This document shows positions 57,301-64,000 of a DNA stretch of 64,000 bases, piece by piece. The stretch covers positions 109,928 to 173,927 of the forward strand of contig CAZOFG010000001.1 in NCBI GenBank assembly GCA_964579125.1. Reading direction: 5' to 3'. Under the pieces are notes generated by a model. The model was not told the DNA's origin. It saw nothing but the letters and a program-made list of their open reading frames with translations, and ran no database searches. This DNA comes from an uncultured Halobacteriales archaeon. Lineage in GTDB: Archaea; Halobacteriota; Halobacteria; Halobacteriales; SKSH01. Made by a program: the position numbers and the translations under genes. The stretch's first letter is position 1, and each line of letters opens with the position of its first letter.

Positions 57301-57813
57301 ATGATCCGTACTGCACTGGCGCTATTGTTGCTCATTCCCCTCTTCGATGTCGTGTTATTGGTGATCGTTGCCGGGGAAATCGGTGCCCCAGCGACCGTTG
57401 CACTCGTCGTCCTGACGGGACTTGTTGGGCTGATGCTCGCGCGCTTCCAGGGCCGACGCACGCTCGTCCGGCTCCAACGGACCGTCCGGGCCGGAGAGGT
57501 TCCCACTGACGAATTGCTCGATGGGGCGTTCATTCTAGTCGCCGCGGCGGTGTTGTTAACACCCGGCCTCGTCACCGACGCGATCGGCCTCTTGTTGCTC
57601 TTCGGACCCTCGCGACGGCCGATCAGATATGCCGTAAAGAAGTGGTTCGTCATCCCGTATTTCGACCGGCGCAGCGGCGGATTTGTCACCGGCGAGGTCT
57701 ATACTGCGGGGTTTCCCGGGGGTGAGGGAACATCGAACGGTGAGGAGCCGATCGATGTGTCCGTCGACATCGAGGACGTCGAGGACGATCCGTCTGACGA
57801 AGGTAACGCTTAA
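57301..57813 (+). CDS. fxsA: FxsA-family membrane protein
   Basis: LLLIPLFDVVLLVIVAGEIG...LVVLTGLVGLMLAR..G and LTPGLVTDAIGLLLLFGPSRRPI match the FxsA pattern. Acidic C-terminal tail. Confidence 0.8.
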   Translation: MIRTALALLLLIPLFDVVLLVIVAGEIGAPATVALVVLTGLVGLMLARFQGRRTLVRLQRTVRAGEVPTDELLDGAFILVAAAVLLTPGLVTDAIGLLLLFGPSRRPIRYAVKKWFVIPYFDRRSGGFVTGEVYTAGFPGGEGTSNGEEPIDVSVDIEDVEDDPSDEGNA

Positions 57814-57850
57814 ACGGGTCAGTTGGCAACCCACCAACTGCGCTTACCCT

Positions 57851-57924
57851 GGGCCAATAGCTCAGCCAGGTTGAGCGCTCGGCTGATAACCGGGAGGTCC
57901 TCGGTTCAAATCCGAGTTGGCCCA
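57851..57924 (+). tRNA. tRNA-Ile (anticodon GAU)
   Basis: Hand-folded cloverleaf: acceptor GGGCCAA/TTGGCCC, D-stem GCTC/GAGC, anticodon stem CTCGG/CCGGG with loop CTGATAA (GAT), T-arm CTCGG-TTCAAAT-CCGAG, discriminator A, no encoded CCA. Confidence 0.95.
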
Positions 57925-58245
57925 CTTGCGGTTTCGTTGTATCATTCCTGACAGCCATTTGAGTGTCCAGTTCTGGGCCAAATCTCGATAGCTATACACA
58001 GAACACTCGCTACTCGGGTGAGTATCGATACAACCATCAACAAATTTCCTGGTAGGTGCTCCGATATCAGTAGGCGAATAACAACCCACTAGAGGACAAT
58101 CCGGAGAAAAGCACCGACTAGATGGCGTTGGCCTGTAATATTATGGCATCGGCCGACAGTTGTTAAGATGTAACACAACTATCCCAGCCAAGAGCCTCCT
58201 GTTCTCGGGCAAGAGCCGGAGGACAGACCCCTGAAGTCACGTTCA

Positions 58246-59652
58246 ATGGCAAAATCCATCGCACTTCTCCACGTCGAGGACGACCTCGATTTCGCCGATC
58301 TGGCGAAGACGCATTTCGAGCGTCAGTCAACACCATTCAACGTTGAGATCGCCGCCACCGCCGAGGAAGCGTTAGAGATCCTGGAAACGACCGAGATCGA
58401 CTGTGTGGTCAGTGATTACGACTTGCCTGAGACGAATGGCCTCGAATTGTTGGAAACCATTCGTTCCGATGCGCCAGCCTTACCGGTGATCTTCTTTACC
58501 GGGAAAGGATCCGAACGGATCGCGAGCGAGGCCATCAATGCAGGCGTGACCGATTACGTCCAGAAGGAATCCGTCCCGGAGCAATTCGAGCTGCTCGCGA
58601 ATCGAATCGAACAGGCGGTGGAGAGACGCTGGGCCCAAGAGAACTATCGGGAAATCTTTGAAAAGATTCCAGATGGCGTCACGATCCACGATGCATCCGA
58701 TGGCACGATCGTCGACACGAATGACCGCTTCTGTGAGATGCTCGGATATACCCGCGAGGAATTACTCGAATTGGATTTTGCTGCCCTGCATCCAGGGGAA
58801 AAGCCATACACCGCCGAACGAGCGGAGAACTACATTCAACGGGCCGCGAGGGAGGGTCCTCAAACGTTCGAATGGGTCGACGAGACCAAAAGCGGCGAGC
58901 GACTCCCGGTCGAGATAACCCTGCGCAACACGACAATCAATGGGAACCCGCGCATCCTCGCCGTCGTTCGGGATATTTCTGAACGCCGAGCACGCGAGCG
59001 CGAGCAAGAACGCCGACAACACGAACTCGAACGTAAAACCGAACGATTGGATCGCTTCGCTAGCTACGTGAGTCACGACCTCCGGACGCCGGTAAGTGTC
59101 GCGCAAGGCCGACTGGAGCTTGCGAGGGAGGAAACCGACAGCCAACATCTTGGTGCCGTCGCTGAAGCTCTCGAACGGATCGACGCGATGATCGAAGATC
59201 TCCTCGAACTATCCCGAGAGGGCGAAAGCGTTGGGTCGGTCGAACCGGTGGCGTTGGACGAACTGGCAGCGACGTGCTGTCAGAACGTGGCTAGTGATGA
59301 ATTGACGTACGATATCAACATGAATCGAACCGTCCGCGCGGATTCGGGCCGGTTGAAACAACTCCTCGAAAATCTCCTCAGAAACGCCGTCGAACATGGG
59401 GGACCAAACGTCAAGGTGGAGATTGGACCATTAGCAAACGGATTTTACGTTGAAGACGATGGACCAGGAATTCCTCAACGCGAACGTGAGGACATTTTCG
59501 AACCGGGCTATTCGACTGCAGCGGAAGGCACCGGATTCGGACTGGCGATCGGGCAGGAAATCGTCAATGCCCATGGATGGGATATCGCTATCACCGAAAG
59601 CGACGACGGTGGAGCTCGCTTTGAGATTACGGGGGTCGAAAGTCTCGATTGA
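58246..59652 (+). CDS. Hybrid sensor: receiver (REC) - PAS - histidine kinase
   Basis: REC with VVSDYDLPETNGLELL and FFTGKG, PAS (FEKIPDGVTIHD...), H-box SYVSHDLRTPVS, N-box LLRNAVEHG, G-boxes VEDDGPGIP / GTGFGLAI. Confidence 0.9.
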   Translation: MAKSIALLHVEDDLDFADLAKTHFERQSTPFNVEIAATAEEALEILETTEIDCVVSDYDLPETNGLELLETIRSDAPALPVIFFTGKGSERIASEAINAGVTDYVQKESVPEQFELLANRIEQAVERRWAQENYREIFEKIPDGVTIHDASDGTIVDTNDRFCEMLGYTREELLELDFAALHPGEKPYTAERAENYIQRAAREGPQTFEWVDETKSGERLPVEITLRNTTINGNPRILAVVRDISERRAREREQERRQHELERKTERLDRFASYVSHDLRTPVSVAQGRLELAREETDSQHLGAVAEALERIDAMIEDLLELSREGESVGSVEPVALDELAATCCQNVASDELTYDINMNRTVRADSGRLKQLLENLLRNAVEHGGPNVKVEIGPLANGFYVEDDGPGIPQREREDIFEPGYSTAAEGTGFGLAIGQEIVNAHGWDIAITESDDGGARFEITGVESLD

Positions 59653-59883
59653 GGGAGATCAGTCGGTAGAAGCGGACGAGATCAGCAATATGGGGAGCGT
59701 TGAGATTGACTCCACCCTACCAATGGTTTGAACGATTACATCCGCCCCATGCCGCTGGTGAGTGATCGTGGATTTTTCGTCGATTTGGGACCTGGCGTTG
59801 CTCCGGGCATTCAACAGGGGGGACCGGCCCGCAAATCGAATAAACGAAACACTAATAATCAAACTCAGGTTTGTTGAGGTGAC

Positions 59884-60951
59884 ATGGCTCCGGCTACTGA
59901 TATCCCTGCGTCGATGCAAGCAGTCGCCTTCGAAGAACACGGCCCCCTCGAGAATTTGCGGTTGATGGATGTCCCAACGCCCGATGTCGCCGACGACGAG
60001 GTGTTGGTCGATATTCGGGCCACCGCATTAAACCACCTCGACATCTTCGCCCTTCGAGAACTCGATCACTACGTTTCGGAGTACCCGTTTTGGAGTGGCT
60101 CCGATATGGCGGGCTACGTGCACGCGGTTGGGTCCGAGGTCGACGATTCGGAGATCGGAGACCGCGTCCTCGTCCTACCCTTCGTCACGTGCGGCGAGTG
60201 TATATATTGTGAAAATGGAGACGAACATCTCTGTAGGAACCACGTTACCCTCGGCGAACAGGCGCGAGGGGGGTTGGCCGAGTACATCTCGGTTCCGGTC
60301 GACAACGTTGTTGCCATCCCCGATTCAGTCAGCTTCGAAACGGCCGCAAGCGTGCCGATTGCCGGTTCGACCGCCTGGGGAGCATTCTCTCGACGAAGCT
60401 CGTTGAAACCCTATGAGGACGTCCTTATCGTAGGTGCCACGGGCGGCGTCGGTTCATTCGCCGTCCAGATCGCGAAGGATGTCTTCAACGTGGACACGTT
60501 GTACGGGACGACCAGTACCGAAGAAAAGGCCGAGTTCCTCAGAGATCTCGGGGTCGATACCGTTATCGACTATACCGAGGAGAACTTCGCCGAACGAATT
60601 TGGGAACTGACCGACGGAACAGGCGTCGATGTCGTCTACAACAACGTCGGAGGTGAAACCTGGGTTCCCTCGATGCGGAGTTTGAAAAACGGGGGGAAAC
60701 TCCTTACCTCCGGTGCGACTGCCGGTCCGAATCCGGAGACGGAAATTCGCCTGATCTTCGTGCGACAGATCGATATTCTCGGTAGCTCCGGGGACTGGCG
60801 GAAAGGGATCAATCGCCTCCTCGAGTATGTCTGGGACGGAACCATCGACCCCGTCATTGACGAAACCTATCCAATGGACGAGTACGAAGCCGCCTACGAA
60901 CGAATGGTCAATCGAAATCTGTTCGGAAAGGTCCTCATCACCCAGGACTGA
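59884..60951 (+). CDS. Zinc-binding alcohol dehydrogenase family protein (MDR)
   Basis: GSDMAGYV, structural-zinc CGECIYCENGDEHLC, and nucleotide-binding loop VGATGGVGSFAVQIAK. Confidence 0.88.
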   Translation: MAPATDIPASMQAVAFEEHGPLENLRLMDVPTPDVADDEVLVDIRATALNHLDIFALRELDHYVSEYPFWSGSDMAGYVHAVGSEVDDSEIGDRVLVLPFVTCGECIYCENGDEHLCRNHVTLGEQARGGLAEYISVPVDNVVAIPDSVSFETAASVPIAGSTAWGAFSRRSSLKPYEDVLIVGATGGVGSFAVQIAKDVFNVDTLYGTTSTEEKAEFLRDLGVDTVIDYTEENFAERIWELTDGTGVDVVYNNVGGETWVPSMRSLKNGGKLLTSGATAGPNPETEIRLIFVRQIDILGSSGDWRKGINRLLEYVWDGTIDPVIDETYPMDEYEAAYERMVNRNLFGKVLITQD

Positions 60952-60967
60952 CCAGAGAAGACGACAA

Positions 60968-61870
60968 ATGACGACGTCGTTCGATTCACCGACGATCACC
61001 CAGGTGCGCGAGGATATCTATTGCATCCAACTCGGCCGTCACGGCTTGCTGAGTTGCTTCCTCGTTGACGGGCCAAAACCGACCTTGGTCGATGCCGCAA
61101 GTGCCGCATCGCTTGAGGATATCGTAAGCGCGATGGAACAAATCGGCGTGCCTCCCGATGATCTGTCGAACGTAATCGTATCTCACATCCATCTAGACCA
61201 TTCCGGAGCCGCAGCTGGACTCGCCGAACTCGCCGACGACGCGTCGGTCTATATTCACGAATCGACCGCCCACCATCTCGTCGAACCAGCCCGCCTCATC
61301 GAGAGTACGAAGCGCACGCTCGGGGACGCCTTCGATGAACTCGGAGCGCCGGATCCGCTGTCGCAGGCAGCGCTTGAACCCATCGATGACACCGACACGA
61401 CGCTCGATACCGGCCGTGTTCAGCTTGAGATACTCCACACGCCCGGGCATGCACCGGATCACCTGGCTGTCGATATTCTCGATTCCGATGTTCTCATCGC
61501 GAATGAAGCCATCGGCCGATACTATCCGAACGCCGACAGCTGGATTCCACCCATAACGCTGCCCAATTTCGACATCGATGCGGTTCGGGGATCAATTGAG
61601 GCGATCCAGGCGAGAGAGCCAGAGGTTATTGGCCTCTCTCACACAGGCACCGTGCAGGCCGAATCGGCTCTCGATCGGGCAGCAGATCGATTAGAGACGT
61701 TCACCACAACGATTCCGCGGGTTTTCGACGAAACCGAAGATGTCGAAGCGACCATCGCGCGTGTCCGATCCGACCTGCTTTCCTTCGCGGGTGCATATCC
61801 GAGCGACGTCGAGGCGTCTCAAGCCGATATCTGCACTCGTGGAATCTTGGATGCGCTTGACATCCAGTAA
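60968..61870 (+). CDS. MBL-fold metallo-hydrolase
   Basis: VSHIHLDHSGAA (HxHxDH), HTPGHAPDH. ATG at 60968; the track extension from 60827 overlaps the ADH gene. Confidence 0.8.
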   Translation: MTTSFDSPTITQVREDIYCIQLGRHGLLSCFLVDGPKPTLVDAASAASLEDIVSAMEQIGVPPDDLSNVIVSHIHLDHSGAAAGLAELADDASVYIHESTAHHLVEPARLIESTKRTLGDAFDELGAPDPLSQAALEPIDDTDTTLDTGRVQLEILHTPGHAPDHLAVDILDSDVLIANEAIGRYYPNADSWIPPITLPNFDIDAVRGSIEAIQAREPEVIGLSHTGTVQAESALDRAADRLETFTTTIPRVFDETEDVEATIARVRSDLLSFAGAYPSDVEASQADICTRGILDALDIQ

Positions 61871-61937
61871 CGATTCGCACCACAGTCGTGAACACTCGGA
61901 TTGGCCAATCTTCTACGACGGTCTGAGGAGAAACACT

Positions 61938-63044
61938 CTATAGCGGCTCCCAAGTCCGTGGCGTCTCATTGAGCCGTTCACAGCCGGCCTCGGTGACGAC
62001 AACGAGGTCTTCGATCCTCACCCCGAACTCACCCTCGAAGTACACACCGGGCTCGACGCTGAAGACCATCCCCGGTTCCAGAATTCGTTCGTTGCCATCG
62101 AGGATTTCCGGGCCCTCATGCGGTGTTAGGCCAACGCCGTGGCCCGTTCGGTGTTGCGTGTACTCCTGGTAGCCATACTCCGCGAGAACGTCGTGAACAG
62201 CGTGTTCGACTGACTCGGCGGAAATGCCCGGTTCGACAGCCTGCACGCCGACCTCTTGCGCTTCACGAACGGCCTCGTGTACTCGTGTGAATTTCTCTGA
62301 AGGGGCCCCTCCAAAGACGACCATTCTGGTCTGATCGCTGCAGTAATGGGCAACCCGACACCCGAAATCCAATAAGACGGGTTCCCCGGCGCGAATTTCG
62401 CGATCGCCGTGGTGGTAGAAGACCCGGGCAGAATTCGGGCCGGTGCTCGACGACACGTCAAAGGCCAAACCCTCGGCGCCGTGGTCGTGCAATCGACGTT
62501 CGATGTCGTTCGCGAGTTCGCGCTCGGTCATGCCGATCGCTGCGTCGCCGAGGGAACGAACCTCCTCGCTAACTGTGTCAGCGATATCGGAGGCCCGTCG
62601 GATGGCGTCGAGTTCCTGTTCGTCCTTGATATCACGAAGGTCATCGAGGATCCGACTCGCCAACTGCATCTCGGTTGGCTGAAACACGTCCTCGATATCG
62701 AGAACGTACCGGGCCCACATCTCGTCATCTAGCAAGACAGAATCGATTTCGCCGAGGTCGTCACGGGCGGCGTGGAGCGCCGCATCCGGGCCGGCTGCAT
62801 CGGTCCATGGATAAATCTGATCCACCCAACTGGCCTCCGAAACCTGCTCCTCGAACAGTTCCGGGATGACGAAACACGGTTCACCCTCAGCCGGAACGAG
62901 ATAGAAGAAATGTCGATCCCACGGTTCGGTGAAGAAGCCGGAAAGGTAGTACAGATTCGGCCCAGGAAACAATACCAAGGCGTCCGCGTCGGCTGCTCGC
63001 ATTTCGGCTTGGCACTCCCGTGTCCGGGCTTCGAATACTGACAT
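61938..63044 (-). CDS. M24-family Xaa-Pro aminopeptidase/dipeptidase
   Basis: [45 protein letters not shown] at 63044 (track start 63110 possible). Confidence 0.88.
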   Translation of the reverse strand: MSVFEARTRECQAEMRAADADALVLFPGPNLYYLSGFFTEPWDRHFFYLVPAEGEPCFVIPELFEEQVSEASWVDQIYPWTDAAGPDAALHAARDDLGEIDSVLLDDEMWARYVLDIEDVFQPTEMQLASRILDDLRDIKDEQELDAIRRASDIADTVSEEVRSLGDAAIGMTERELANDIERRLHDHGAEGLAFDVSSSTGPNSARVFYHHGDREIRAGEPVLLDFGCRVAHYCSDQTRMVVFGGAPSEKFTRVHEAVREAQEVGVQAVEPGISAESVEHAVHDVLAEYGYQEYTQHRTGHGVGLTPHEGPEILDGNERILEPGMVFSVEPGVYFEGEFGVRIEDLVVVTEAGCERLNETPRTWEPL

Positions 63045-63161
63045 CGCTACGGTCCAGATTCGAGCCACTGGGTTAAGCTTGATGGAGCGAAAGGCGCGGA
63101 GTTCGCCCAATCGAAAGCATCATAGTAGTAAACTCGCTTCTGAGCAAGTGTACTTAGCGCA

Positions 63162-64000
63162 ATGATGGACGTGTCCCTGACTGTGAATGAGTTGCTCGAA
63201 CGAGCCAAACGGCTGTATTCACACAAGGAGTTAGTGACCTATTGGCCCGATGGCTCCACCTCGCGCCACGATTATGGCGATATCTACACCCGCGTCGAAC
63301 GGTTGGCCCACGCGTTGGACGACTTAGGGGTTGATCCGGGGCATCGTGTTGCCTCCTTGGCCCGGAATCACCATCGCCACTTCGAACTCTATTTCGGATT
63401 GCCATGCAGTGGCCGGACGCTGAATATGGTGAACATCCGACTGCCGGATGAGCACTTCCAATATATCTTGAATGACGCAGAAGACGAGGTGTTGTTCTTC
63501 GATCCGGAGTTCCTCGACCAGGTCGAAGCCCATCACGAAGCGCTGGAGTCCGTCGAACAATATGTCGTGCTCGATGACGAAGTCCCCGAGACAGATCTCG
63601 CACCAATCGTCGCGTATGAGGACCTACTCGCCGATCAACCGGCCTCCTACGAGTGGCCCGAAATCGACGAGGAGCAGACGGCAACGATGTGTTACACCTC
63701 GGGCACGACCGGGAAGCCAAAGGGCGTCGAATACTCCCATCGGGCGTTGTACCTCCACAGCATGGTCACGGGGCACGTAGATGCGAACGCGATCGGTGAA
63801 CGCGATAACATCTTGTTGCTGGTGCCGATGTTTCACACCAACGGCTGGGGGATTCCCTTCGCCGCGGCGTTCACCGGATCGAAACTCGTCTTTCCAGGGC
63901 CCAATCATGAAGCAGACCAGGTCCTCGAGTTGATTCACGAAGAAAACGTCAACTTCGCGGCCGGGGCCGTCACCATCTGGAACGACATTTCGAACCATCT
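63162..64000 (+). CDS. AMP-dependent synthetase/ligase (long-chain fatty-acid-CoA ligase-like), 3'-truncated by the window edge
   Basis: My own translation from ATG 63162: MMDVSLTVNELLERAKRLYSHKELV...MCYTSGTTGKPKGVEYSHRAL...VPMFHTNGWG. It runs open to the window end, so it is absent from the ORF track. Confidence 0.88.
   Translation, partial: MMDVSLTVNELLERAKRLYSHKELVTYWPDGSTSRHDYGDIYTRVERLAHALDDLGVDPGHRVASLARNHHRHFELYFGLPCSGRTLNMVNIRLPDEHFQYILNDAEDEVLFFDPEFLDQVEAHHEALESVEQYVVLDDEVPETDLAPIVAYEDLLADQPASYEWPEIDEEQTATMCYTSGTTGKPKGVEYSHRALYLHSMVTGHVDANAIGERDNILLLVPMFHTNGWGIPFAAAFTGSKLVFPGPNHEADQVLELIHEENVNFAAGAVTIWNDISNH

Noticed and set aside
57862-58089. 75-aa minus-strand ORF overlapping tRNA-Ile
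   Set aside because: It overlaps the tRNA antisense and continues into AT-rich non-coding DNA. It has no start context or motifs.
59659-59965. Small ORFs (93 aa minus, 67 aa plus) in the spacer between the histidine kinase and ADH genes
   Set aside because: They are basic and Ser/Arg-rich, unlike the acidic proteome, and they overlap each other and the ADH start. I treat this as non-coding and cannot exclude a small RNA.
57925-64000. Integrated element at the tRNA-Ile 3' end
   Set aside because: There is no integrase, recombinase, transposase or viral gene, and by eye I found no direct repeat of the tRNA 3' half (GGTTCAAATCCGAGTTGGCCC) downstream. Only the compositional shift is retained as a low-interest finding.
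1-64000. CRISPR arrays, rRNA genes, IS elements, toxin-antitoxin pairs
   Set aside because: Scanning by eye revealed no regularly spaced direct repeats, no rRNA-like conserved stretches, no terminal inverted repeats flanking a transposase-like ORF, and no pair of short overlapping ORFs with TA-like features. An eye scan cannot exclude short or degenerate elements.

Overview
High-GC DNA encoding an acidic (Asp/Glu-rich) proteome, with frequent 4-nt ATGA/GTGA stop-start overlaps and GGAGGTGA-like ribosome-binding sites inside operons. This fits a chromosomal segment of a haloarchaeon (class Halobacteria); I cannot name the genus from sequence alone. I support 63 protein-coding genes and one tRNA-Ile(GAU). 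I found no rRNA, CRISPR array, transposase or integrase. Most genes are housekeeping: the distal respiratory complex I genes nuoJ1-J2-K-L-M-N; a methylmalonyl-CoA mutase set (mcmA, meaB, mcmB); the pyrG-guaAb operon; thrS, gatD, icd, hmgA, map, gpmI, mptA and moaB; a SAMP1-type ubiquitin-like protein; an MtaB-type methylthiotransferase; two ABC-2 exporters; and a five-gene branched-chain amino-acid (HAAT) ABC importer. The less ordinary items are: (1) a tandem TrkA-N::DHH/DHHA1 phosphoesterase and CBS::ParB-like protein, 6.0-8.3 kb; (2) a small-protein plus coiled-coil Vms1/eRF1-like putative peptidyl-tRNA hydrolase operon, divergent from a double-wHTH regulator, 25.5-27.5 kb; (3) a translationally coupled pair of paralogous membrane proteins with RCK_C domains, followed 20 nt later by SAMP1, 29.8-32.4 kb; (4) a DUF1611 plus enolase-superfamily epimerase pair resembling DgcN/DgcA, 23.4-25.4 kb; (5) a stand-alone NurA-HerA pair, 52.7-55.8 kb; (6) a LivG ATPase carrying a ~68-aa Gly/Ala-rich hydrophobic insertion, alongside oversized permeases; and (7) lower-GC sequence at the liv locus and downstream of the tRNA. 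None of these is proven novel. All calls rest on motif recognition by eye and need HMM, structure and synteny checks. Many long ORFs in the supplied track are antisense or 5'-extension artefacts of high GC and were rejected.
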